The notes under the pieces were generated by a model, which did not search any database, had not been told where the DNA came from, and saw only the letters and a program-made list of their open reading frames with translations. DNA of 64,000 bases, taken from assembly GCA_000004985.1 (NCBI GenBank), contig GG738847.1; one strand, written 5' to 3'. Both the position numbers and the translations under genes were made by a program. Shown here one piece after another: positions 10,664-19,662 of this stretch. The stretch is from Naegleria gruberi. Taxonomy: Eukaryota. Each line of letters starts with the position of its first letter. Within the stretch, counting starts at the first letter, position 1.

Positions 10664-13569
10664 ATGAGCCTTAATAATTTTGATGAGGCTTTACTTTCCT
10701 CCTCCGAAGAGGAAAGAATGTTGATGGAGAATGGAGAGGATGATTTAGATGTTCCAAAGGAATTATCGATCGATAATATCAGAGGGATGAAAGCTAGTAT
10801 TGAGAAGAATGTTAAAGACCTTGAGGAAGCTCTTGCGGAAGTAACCACATCAAACGAAGAACCAAATCATGAATTGATCAACGAGTTGAATTTAGCCTTA
10901 GTGCAAAGTAACTTGCTCCTGGAAAAAATAGTAATCATTGAAGATGGATACAAAAAGGCTATCAAAACCGATACTCTTCTCTCACAGGAAATAACTGATC
11001 TTGCCGAACAACTAGGCTTTATTGTACCTCTACACTTAACAAAGACAATAGAAGAAATTTCGGAAAGCGTATCACCCAATACACATCTCAACAATGAAGA
11101 AGAAGAAAATGGCTTAGAAGTTAGGGAGGGTGATTACAAGTTTGTTTCATTCGATGAGTTGGAGAAGTATTTGAACGAGCCGTTACTGCCAGAAGATAGG
11201 AATCAAACTCCAAAAGATAACACTCCCCAAAGGGCAGCAGTTTCAAGTACTTCCACACCAAGTACCAATATAGTCCCAATGCAATCACCAAAAATCACTA
11301 AATCATCACCACCACAATCTTCACAACATTCACCAGCAGATTCTTTAGAAGGTGAACCTGTAACACCAATTACATCAAGAGAAAAGGAATTAAGAAAGGA
11401 ATATTTGAAGAACAGTATTAATATGAGTAAGGTTTCCTTCTCCTCCCCAACCTCAACAGCATCAATCTTTTCCACACCAGCTGTTGAGAGGAGTGACAGG
11501 AAAAATTTAGAGGGAGATGAGTATATTGAGATTACACCAATTGTGGAGGAGGAAAATCCAACTCTAACTGAGGAACAGCAACAATTGATTGAAGAACAGG
11601 ATGTTAACAACCTGTTGGAGCAACTAATGATTTACACAAACGGATTGGATGAAGCAAAGAACTCACCTCGAAATAGACCACTTGGTGATTTGATAAAGGA
11701 TATCAAGGAAGAAGAAGGCACTCCTCAGGAGAACATCTCTTCTCCTAGCATCTTTTTGAGACAAGAAGGAAATGCATCCCCTCATTACACTAGAATTACA
11801 CCTAGAGAAACACCAAGAGAACTCCCAAAAGAAATACAAAGAGAACTTCAAAAGGAAGTTGTCAGAGAAATACCAAGAGAAACTCAAAGAGTGGTCGAGA
11901 GTCCACCTAAACTTTCTGCAACCAATTTGGAAAACGAATTCATGAAGAGAGATTTGGAAGATGCAAAGAGTCAAATAAGCGTATTGAAACAGCAAGTTGA
12001 ATTCCTTCAATCCAAGGTGGCTTCAACGGAAGCTGAAAATTCGGATCTTAAAATGACAATTGAAACTCTATACGAAGCAAAGAATCAGTTCGATGCTGAT
12101 ATGCAATCTATCAAAGAAAAAGAGTAAGTTTATCTGGGTTTACAGTTCACTAACTTTTTCATTTCAAAAGAGAAAAGATTAATTTAATTGCCTCTTCTTT
12201 AGGAGACCATATTGAATTTTTGCAAGGAATGGTTGATAAACTGAAAAATGAAAGAGACAATAAGGTAATCAAACAATCAGAACAATTAACAACCATAATA
12301 GAAACACTCATAAGAAAAGAAAACACTCTTCTCGAAACAGTAGTAAACCAAATGGAAAGTGAAATGAATAATAGAAAAGTAGTGTTGGACGAAGAAATGT
12401 TAAAACTTAAAAAGATTGTTGTTGAGTGTCTGGGCGATGAAGACGAAAGTTCTTCCAAAGAAATTAGCAATGAAACTCTTCATGCTCTTCAATCTGAACT
12501 TCAGACAGTTGCTGATGAACTGAGTGAAATCAACTACTTCCCTTCTGACCCTGATGATGATATCGATAATGCTGTGACCAGAACTTTGGAGTCTCTCGAG
12601 TGCCCTGTAACAATAGAGATTGAAAGAATTGGGTATGGAGAATATTACCTTGACAGAAAATTGTATATCAAACTTGGACCTAAGGGAGAACCTCTTGTAA
12701 AGAATGGAAATGGTTTTATCACATTAACATCGTACGTGAAGAGATTGTATGCTCCTTTCTTCACAACTGAAAAGTATATCAAAGAAGAAGAGCAATTAGA
12801 AATAGAGTCACAAGCTCTTCAATCATCCAAATTTGAATCTCTTCTCCAAAAACTTTCCAAGACCAGGGATTACATTAATAACTTACAAACAACCTCAAGA
12901 TCTGGATCTAACTCACCTCCAGCTTCACCTCCAAGAAGATCATCCCCTCTCAGAAACAATACTACTCTAAATCTTTCTCAATTAAATAACAGCAATGAGA
13001 GCCCTAAAGACTCCTCTTCAAAACTCAGCCCAAGAGATGGACCAAAGTTGATTCAAAAGAAAGAGAGGCAAGAGGATGACAACAAGGAAGGAAGACCAAG
13101 CTCTGCTCCTCCAAATACTAGGTACATTAATATTCTCCAAAGAGCAGAAAAGAATAAGAAGCTTTTGCCAATCAAGCCAACCCCACAAGTAAGAAGACCA
13201 CCTCCAAACAGCATGACCTTTGATAGAAGAAATAGTCCACTTCCACCAAATTATGTCATGCATAACAACAACCTCCTTTTTGTAAAACAACCAGCAACCT
13301 ATGAAAAACAACTCTCAAACTATGAGCAAGTTTTGGCTGCTCACCAATCTGTCAAGAAACCAATTGTTCCTCAAAAGTCTGCCTCAACAAATAACAGTAG
13401 AGCATCTTCACCAAGAAATCATCCATCACAGCAGCAACAACAGCCACAAACCATCAAGTCAACAATGTTTGGTTCTATTGATTTGGGTGATCCAAAGCAA
13501 TTGGAAAAATTGAAGAAACAAGCCCTAAGAATGCAAATCCAACAATTTAGTCAAAAACCAATTCATTAA
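10664..13569 (+). CDS. large coiled-coil / Ser-Pro-rich protein; two exons (10664..12123 and 12171..13569), about 950 aa
   Basis: ORFs 10664..12127 and 12220..13569 join in frame after removal of a 47-nt GTAAGT...CACTAAC...AG intron; the second ORF's frame is already open from 12154. The product has coiled-coil N-terminal and central regions, PRE(T/L)P(K/R)E-type short repeats and an S/P/N-rich C-terminus. Confidence 0.6.
12124..12170 (+). other. spliceosomal intron (47 nt)
   Basis: GTAAGTTTATCTGGGTTTACAGTTCACTAACTTTTTCATTTCAAAAG. The 5' site GTAAGT is at 12124, the branch-like CACTAAC at 12148-12154 and the 3' AG at 12169-12170. Exon 1 ends in phase 2 (GA) and exon 2 supplies A, giving GAA, then continues in the frame of the downstream ORF. 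Confidence 0.65.
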
Positions 13570-13576
13570 AATTCAT

Positions 13577-14076
13577 TTATTTCATATGTTCATCCATCAA
13601 TTGTCTAATGTCCTTCAATTCATTATGTAAAATTCTAAACTTGTCAGCAGACATTTCAAATCTTTCGTGAGTTGTAATTGATCCATCCTCTTCAGAGTGA
13701 AGAATTTTCAAGTTGAGTTGAACTGTTGGTTCATTCATTGTTTTTAAGGTTGATGATGATAAGACTAAATCTACTCTCCATTTTAATTCCTCAATTTTAG
13801 GCACTGTTAATATTTGGTAAGTTGCATGATAAAATCCAACCACTTACATCTCAAAGTTTTAGTTTTAAAATGCTGTATCAGTTTTTCCTTATAATTTTTA
13901 TATGATCTACACAAAGATTCACTGCTTTCTTTTGGTAAACCGATTTGTTGCAATTCGAGTGACAATTGTTGTTCTTCAACATTGAATCTGGCAGAATTAG
14001 AAATAATATATAAAATAGAAGCAATAGCACTCTTGACTTCCTTAATATCTTTACAAGATCCTTCAGTTCTCTTCAA
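13577..14076 (-). CDS. COMM domain-containing protein; two exons (14076..13848 and 13803..13577), about 151 aa
   Basis: The C-terminal ORF encodes a COMM-domain-like sequence (EELKWRVDLVLSSSTLKTMNEPTVQLNLKIL....FEMSADKFRILHNELKDIRQLMDE). The two overlapping minus-strand ORFs are joined by a 44-nt GTAAGT...TATTAACAG intron; the junction codon is T|TG = Leu. Confidence 0.6.
13804..13847 (-). other. spliceosomal intron (44 nt) of the COMM-domain gene
   Basis: Minus-sense GTAAGTGGTTGGATTTTATCATGCAACTTACCAAATATTAACAG. The splice is phase 1 and puts the conserved W-R-V-D COMM motif in frame. Confidence 0.6.
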
Positions 14077-14672
14077 TGCTTTATCATACTATTCCACAAT
14101 CAACAAAATAATTTCGGAAATTAATACATACATCAAATTCTTCTGATTCAATAATTTCCTTCATTACAGCAATTGATAAGAATTTCAATTGAACTGATGA
14201 CTAATAAAAATCCAATTTAATATTCCAATTTAACTGTAAAAACCTACAATATTTGCTAAAATAGCCATATTGGCCAAAAGCCAATCAGGGGCATCCAAAC
14301 CTCCACAAAAGTGAAATCTCTAAGATCGGAATTAATTCTCTCATCAATATTATTTCCAAAGATCAAAACATACCATCCTTCTTTAAATAATTTAATATGG
14401 TACACAAAAGATTTTTTCAACTATCCACACAGTGATGATGGCAAGATTTTAAATCTATTCGTTTTTTTTAAAAAAGAATTATTGAATTTTTAATAATATT
14501 CATAAAATATGAATCATAGCCAAGATACAAGTCAATCCATCGGATCTGATGACAATTACACTATTCACCATCATGGTGGTCATTAACTCTTTCCTATCAT
14601 CACATCATTAGCTATTTCTTAGTTGAAGCACAAAATTTGAAATTTATTGCTTTAAAAAAATATTTTAGAAAA

Positions 14673-15470
14673 ATGTTGCGTGCTGCTCTCACTTCTTCAA
14701 CAAAGGCCCGTCTTTGTTCAAAGAATGTTATTCATTCCTCTCAATTAGTATCATCATCAATTTCCTATACATTCATGAAGAGTTCTAATAACTCTCTTTT
14801 GCTCACGCTGCCATCTAAACAAATAAGGTTCTACGCCGAAGCACAAAGAGAAAAATCACCAAAGAGTAAACATGGAAAGGAATCAAGCTTTAAACGTTTG
14901 TGTAAGTATTAAAATTGTAGCGGAATATGTGATTGTAACAATTTTACCTTCATCACACACATTGGAATTGTCAAAATTATTTCAAATTAATTTTCATACT
15001 ATTATTTACTATCTTTAACAACAACAGCCCACGAGGAATGTGTTCAAGTTTATGACTTTTGGAAGAGCCAAGGAAAACAAATTAATTTTACATTCTATAG
15101 ACAATTCTTGCAACATTGTAATACACTCTGTTGGGACCACCCACAATATGTTGAAAAGGCCCTCTCAATTGCTGAAGACATGAAAAAGGACGGTATTGCT
15201 TGGAATCTTGAAGTTTACTTTATTTTGATCCAATGTTGCATCCGTAGTAAATCACCACAAAATTTAGACAAGGCTTTTGCTCTCCAATCTGAAATGGAAA
15301 AGTCTGGTATTCAATCAACTCAACTTATCTACAATTCACTCATTCGTGGTTGTGCTCTTTTGGATCAAGTGGAAAGAGCCAAGCCAGTTTTTACTGAAAT
15401 GATGAAGTTAAAGGATATTCCACAAGGAATCAAATTTGATGATGTCTATAAGCATCTTAAGGAATTGTAA
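14673..15470 (+). CDS. small mitochondrial PPR-repeat protein; two exons (14673..14901 and 15028..15470), about 223 aa
   Basis: Exon 1 begins with a presequence-like MLRAALTSSTKARLCSK. Exon 2 carries PPR-like 35-aa repeats (QLIYNSLIRGCALLDQVERAKPVFTEM). A 126-nt intron (GTAAGT at 14902, CAG at 15025-15027) joins the ORFs in frame, with junction codon T|CC = Ser. Confidence 0.55.
14902..15027 (+). other. spliceosomal intron (126 nt)
   Basis: Starts GTAAGTATTAAAATTG and ends ..TTTACTATCTTTAACAACAACAG, with a TTTAAC branch-like element. The intron is phase 1 and the downstream frame is open from 15030. Confidence 0.55.
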
Positions 15471-15723
15471 ATTGGAATATTTGACAACCAGTATAACTCC
15501 TACTCTAAATTTTTCAAACTAGAAAATGATAAAAAAACTTTATTTAAATTCAATTTATTGGCTATTATCAATTCTTCCCTTAATTGTTGGAAATTTAAAA
15601 TAAAATTCAATCAATTTTAGTAATTTTTAACCTCTCACTTTAGAAAGTCGTTTTTTTATGTTTATTTATTCAAATTGAAAATTAGGTAACAAATCCTCCT
15701 CGAAATATTTAATTTTCTAATAA

Positions 15724-16233
15724 TTATATGTTTTGCGATGATGCAAGTTTAGAAGTTTCTTCGTTCAAAATACTTTGGATGAGCAATTCATCTTCATGAA
15801 CGTTATTGCTCATTATCGTTTGAGATGTAATAGTCTTAGATTCGAGTGTAGCATTATTTTGTGGTGTAAGAAGCATATCTTCTCCTTGGTACATATCCTC
15901 ATGAATTGTTTGTTCTTCGTAAACTTGTCTGAATTGATCCTTTTGTTTGTAGCAAGCCCAACGGAATATTTGTTGGTCCTTTCTCATTTGTTCATTGAGT
16001 TCTTTAACACAAGTTGGTGAGGCATCGAACAACATCATGACCCATCTTCCCTTGAAATGTTTTTCTCTGTGTCTATACATCGGATAGGCAAGAGGTAAAA
16101 TACCCATATTATCAAGACGACGGATTACTCCCTTATTTTCAAAAACAACTTGAGCATTTCTCTTCATGACTTGGGCGACTGTTGGTAGAGCAGCCTTTGG
16201 ATTCACGAGGTACACCAATTCGTACAATGGCAT
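15724..16233 (-). CDS. MRP17: mitochondrial ribosomal protein bS6m (Mrp17-like)
   Basis: The N-terminus (MPLYELVYLVNP...) and central block (EKHFKGRWVMMLFDASP) resemble the bS6/Mrp17 family (yeast MLYELIGLV... HFRAYHFLMLFDSS). Confidence 0.6.
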   Translation of the reverse strand: MPLYELVYLVNPKAALPTVAQVMKRNAQVVFENKGVIRRLDNMGILPLAYPMYRHREKHFKGRWVMMLFDASPTCVKELNEQMRKDQQIFRWACYKQKDQFRQVYEEQTIHEDMYQGEDMLLTPQNNATLESKTITSQTIMSNNVHEDELLIQSILNEETSKLASSQNI

Positions 16234-16456
16234 GATGTTGTTGGTGATGATGATGAAATATTTTTTTGAATTTAGAAAATAAATAAAAATAAATCATTTT
16301 AAATTAAATTTCAGGCTTCTCTAATAACCTTTCAAATATTAGAAATGAATGACCAAGAAGATGACTGTTTACTTGTTGAAATGAAGTACTTAACATGCTT
16401 ACCGCGGACGAGGATATAAATATTTAAGTAAGTTATTTTAGAAATCTTAATGTAAA

Positions 16457-16527
16457 TCGGGTGTGGTATAGTGGTAGCATTCCAGACTGTCACTCTGGCG
16501 ACCCGGGTTCAATTCCCGGCACTCGAG
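16457..16527 (+). tRNA. tRNA-Asp (anticodon GTC)
   Basis: Folds as a cloverleaf. Acceptor TCGGGTG/CACTCGA with U1:A72 and a G4:U wobble, anticodon stem CCAGA/TCTGG, loop CTGTCAC (U33, GTC, A37) and T-arm CCGGGTTCAATTCCCGG. Discriminator is G73 and CCA is not encoded. U1:A72 and G73 match known yeast tRNA-Asp features. Confidence 0.85.
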
Positions 16528-16532
16528 TAGAA

Positions 16533-16538
16533 TTTTTT
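16533..16538 (+). terminator. RNA polymerase III terminator (T6) 5 nt downstream of tRNA-Asp
   Basis: TTTTTT run immediately after the tRNA 3' end. Confidence 0.5.
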
Positions 16539-16743
16539 GTTAAACAATTCAATTATCATTATCATATTACTGGTTTTCATAATTTTGTAATAAACACTAG
16601 TTTATAGATATTTGTGTTTTTATTTTTGATTAAAATTGAGTATTACCTTTTTTAGAAGCCTCTGATTTCTCATGCCAAATGTTGCTCAATAAAAAATATG
16701 TGGTACTGAAAAAGTTTAGCACTGTTTTATAATTTTATTAAAT

Positions 16744-17982
16744 TTACAACAAGTTACAAATAATCAAGGAAATCAAAACAAGCAAGAAGCTAATCAATGA
16801 TTGAGAGCTAGCACCGCTAGTGGCAGCCAAATAATTTGAATTTTCACTAGAACCACTTGAAGGATCCCAAATTACATTTTCAACTCTTTCAGTCAATGAA
16901 ACCCAGAAACGAGCAACAACAGCATTGGAAGCTTCAGACTTATCCTTGATAAATTGTTCATCAGAATTCAAACTACCTTCAATATTTCTGAATGGAGTGT
17001 AAATTAACTTGCCACGAGTAACAACAGTTGGTGAACTAGAAGAATATTTGGAAATAAACTTTTGGAAACTGAAGAATGGTTTTGGAAGAATTGCTTGATT
17101 GCCATCTAATTGAGTATTCAAATCATTATCAAATTGAGAAACAGCTTGATCATCATTGGCATCATCTGGCTTTTCAACAGCTGATGATTCTCTTGTTCCA
17201 GAGCTTGGCTTTAAGGTTTCATTTTCACCTGATGATTTTTCACGTCTTGAACCACGGAATGCAACAATTGTACCCAAAGCAATCAATGAATTAGATTGAG
17301 AATATTGAATATTAGCCAATTCGAAAGAAACCTTCAATGAGGATGGATTCAATACTTGAACAACACCAGCACGAGAGGCAAACTTTGAGCTATCAATTTG
17401 AACAGTGGCAGTTGAAATGACAGCACTCATTCTAACAGTACAGAAATTGGTAATATTAGTTTCAACCAAAGCATGATAAATATATGAATTATCACTGTCG
17501 TTGAGAAGCTTCTTTGATAAATCAACAATCTTCCATGTTTGTTCACGTAAATTGTAAATCTTTACAACAGTGTCATTACCTGGTTGATAACCTTCAACTC
17601 CACTTGTCTCTTGATATTCAATAATTCTATCGACACCAAATGCAGATCCAACTACAATGGCCAACTCACGTTCAATCTTGGTAATTGGTGTGACAATCTT
17701 GATAGCAGTCTTGGCCTTCATGGCAATGAGTGGAAATCTTTCGAGTGAGGCCAGAAATTCCATCTCTGAGAAGGAACCAACAGCAGTGGCATTGAGTCTG
17801 TCCAATGTACACAAGGCCTTGCTGGTAAACTTGATGGTCTTTTCGTTTCTGTCGACTTCAATCTTTCTACGGCAGAATTTGTTGGTTGGGAAGAGTTTTG
17901 GTGTAATGTCGAAGGAGGTTGATTGAGCTGAGAGGAGAGTGGCCAAACAGCTGAGAATTACAATGAGGAATAAGAGTTTCAT
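16744..17982 (-). CDS. GPI-anchored secreted / cell-surface protein
   Basis: N-terminal signal peptide (MKLLFLIVILSCLATLLSAQS), a Ser/Asn-rich body with many N-X-S/T sites, and a C-terminal omega-like region (ATSGASSQS) followed by a hydrophobic tail (LISFLLVLISLIICNLL). Confidence 0.6.
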   Translation of the reverse strand: MKLLFLIVILSCLATLLSAQSTSFDITPKLFPTNKFCRRKIEVDRNEKTIKFTSKALCTLDRLNATAVGSFSEMEFLASLERFPLIAMKAKTAIKIVTPITKIERELAIVVGSAFGVDRIIEYQETSGVEGYQPGNDTVVKIYNLREQTWKIVDLSKKLLNDSDNSYIYHALVETNITNFCTVRMSAVISTATVQIDSSKFASRAGVVQVLNPSSLKVSFELANIQYSQSNSLIALGTIVAFRGSRREKSSGENETLKPSSGTRESSAVEKPDDANDDQAVSQFDNDLNTQLDGNQAILPKPFFSFQKFISKYSSSSPTVVTRGKLIYTPFRNIEGSLNSDEQFIKDKSEASNAVVARFWVSLTERVENVIWDPSSGSSENSNYLAATSGASSQSLISFLLVLISLIICNLL

Positions 17983-18249
17983 ATTGTTTTTTTTTGTTGT
18001 GGAATATTTGTTGTATTGCTGAACATTTTAAAGGATTGTAATGGAGGGCACCTGTCGTTTGTCAATGAGTGAGTTCATGTCATGAACAAGTTGGTTGTTC
18101 TGCAACGATGAACTGCATTGTTGAAACTGGAAGTTAGAATATTCAACACTTAGAGTTCGTGGAAGGAAGAAAGAGTTCACAAGTTTGTTATTTACAATGA
18201 TTACTGTAGTTGATTGACAGGTGTATTAATTTCTTTTGCTTTCTGAATC

Positions 18250-19269
18250 TTAGCACAACATGCATTTTTCCTTTTTGTTTAGAACTGGAGCTTTGATAAG
18301 TTTCGAATAGATAAACGTCTTGACAATCAAATCTTCCAATTCTTCCAGTCCAACAAACTCTCTTGAAGATGTTGTCACATAGCTCACAGCACCCATCCGC
18401 TGAGATAGTTTCTTTCCATACGAATCATACTTTTTACACAAATAACTATTCCAATATTTTCCCAAATGAAAATCTCCTGGTTTTGAATAATCACAAATAT
18501 CAGATTTTGTTCCAACGACCAATACTGATCTGTTGTAATCCAAAAATGGTTGAATTTCTGGAAGAAATCTATCAGAAAAATCCTTCAAACACTTATTCAT
18601 CATTACTGGATTTGATATTGAATAGCACATTATAAAAATGTGACACTTGGATGGTGTATCATAAGAATAAGGAGTGTCTACTAATTGTAAACAATAACCT
18701 TCAATCCTCTTAATATCACACGAATTATAGTAACGGGGAACAGAAAAACCCTCTTCCGAATCATTGTATCTTTCATACCTAAGGTGAAGATAGTAACACA
18801 GAGTGGTCTTTCCAATACCATGTGGCCCAATGAAGCAACATCGAATTGGCTCTGATTCTTTCAGTAAATTTGCATATTCCTCCAATTTGAAATTCTCACA
18901 AAATGTCTCAAAGTTTTCAATTTCTTCCGAATATGAACTCCAAGTGTTTTTGAGTTTTTTAATTTTCTTACATTCTTTCAATTTATATGTTCGATCGACC
19001 GATTCCTTGGTTTCTCTATAAATTTTCATTAGAATTTCTCTAATATTCGTACTTTCTGCACGGAGTTTAATGGGTTCTTCTCTATTGAGCAACTTGCCAT
19101 GAATCGAAAGTTGACAGTCGAGTTGTGTTATTCTTCCTCGCCACATCCAATCACTATTTAAAAGATTGAACCAAATGGTATTGACCAACATAAGTTGGAG
19201 ATGTTCGGAAAATGAAAGAAATTTATCAACGATCGTGATGGTATCCAGTGGCAAGAGATTTAATGACAT
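18250..19269 (-). CDS. F-box-like N-terminal domain fused to a divergent Rho-family (pseudo)GTPase domain, polybasic-CMLC C-terminus
   Basis: The N-terminus LNLLPLDTITIVDKFLSFSEHLQLMLVNTIWFNLL fits the F-box consensus (LPxEIL..I...L....L.....V.K.W..L). Residues 140 onward align with Rho: P-loop GPHGIGKTT; effector FSVPRYYNS; Rho-type IFIMCYSISNPVMMNKCL..F...LPEIQPF; VLVVGTKSDI. Switch II is DTPYSYD instead of DTAGQE (A59P, G60Y, Q61S) and NKxD is TKSD. Ends KKEKCMLC. Confidence 0.6.
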   Translation of the reverse strand: MSLNLLPLDTITIVDKFLSFSEHLQLMLVNTIWFNLLNSDWMWRGRITQLDCQLSIHGKLLNREEPIKLRAESTNIREILMKIYRETKESVDRTYKLKECKKIKKLKNTWSSYSEEIENFETFCENFKLEEYANLLKESEPIRCCFIGPHGIGKTTLCYYLHLRYERYNDSEEGFSVPRYYNSCDIKRIEGYCLQLVDTPYSYDTPSKCHIFIMCYSISNPVMMNKCLKDFSDRFLPEIQPFLDYNRSVLVVGTKSDICDYSKPGDFHLGKYWNSYLCKKYDSYGKKLSQRMGAVSYVTTSSREFVGLEELEDLIVKTFIYSKLIKAPVLNKKEKCMLC

Positions 19270-19302
19270 TTTTTGATATTATTGAAGAAAATAAAGATGG
19301 TT

Positions 19303-19345
19303 AAAAAACAGTCCGATGAGACGGAATCGAACCGCCGACCACAGG
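19303..19345 (-). pseudogene. tRNA 3'-half fragment (T-arm plus 3' acceptor strand) followed by a T-run; no matching 5' half
   Basis: Minus-sense ...GGTCGGCGGTTCGATTCCGTCTCATCGGACTGTTTTTT. A canonical T-arm (GGCGG/TTCGATT/CCGTC), a 7-nt 3' acceptor strand and a T6 terminator are present. No complementary 5' acceptor strand, D-arm or anticodon stem lies within 100 nt upstream, and a 50-N gap starts about 125 bp away. Confidence 0.35.
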
Positions 19346-19471
19346 ATGACAGTTGTTCTTGCTACAGTCCACTTTTATTGTCAAGAAATCTGTAGGTAGA
19401 GAAGGAAGCCAGGTAAAAAAATAATGAAATGGAATAACAAGAACCCTTCAAAATATGCAACAAACACAATA

Positions 19472-19521
19472 NNNNNNNNNNNNNNNNNNNNNNNNNNNNN
19501 NNNNNNNNNNNNNNNNNNNNN
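19472..19521. other. assembly gap (50 N)
   Basis: Run of N. Confidence 1.
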
Positions 19522-19662
19522 GACAGTAAAATCCTGTACATTACAATGAAAAATAATTAACTTCTGACCCCTCTTCATTGTTCCTTGAAATTCAACTTGA
19601 TATTGAACTTTAACACTTGACAATATCAACTTCCAACTTCCCAAGCAAGCTCTACAAAAAAA

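Noticed and set aside
14311-14493. 60-aa ORF in the COMM-gene / PPR-gene intergenic region
   Set aside because: Short and AT-rich, with no motif. It is probably promoter sequence for the divergent or adjacent genes.
16457-16527. Considered whether the tRNA-Asp contains an intron or belongs to a retroelement-target cluster
   Set aside because: The cloverleaf is complete and intron-free. No LTR-like direct repeats were recognisable in the 200 bp either side.
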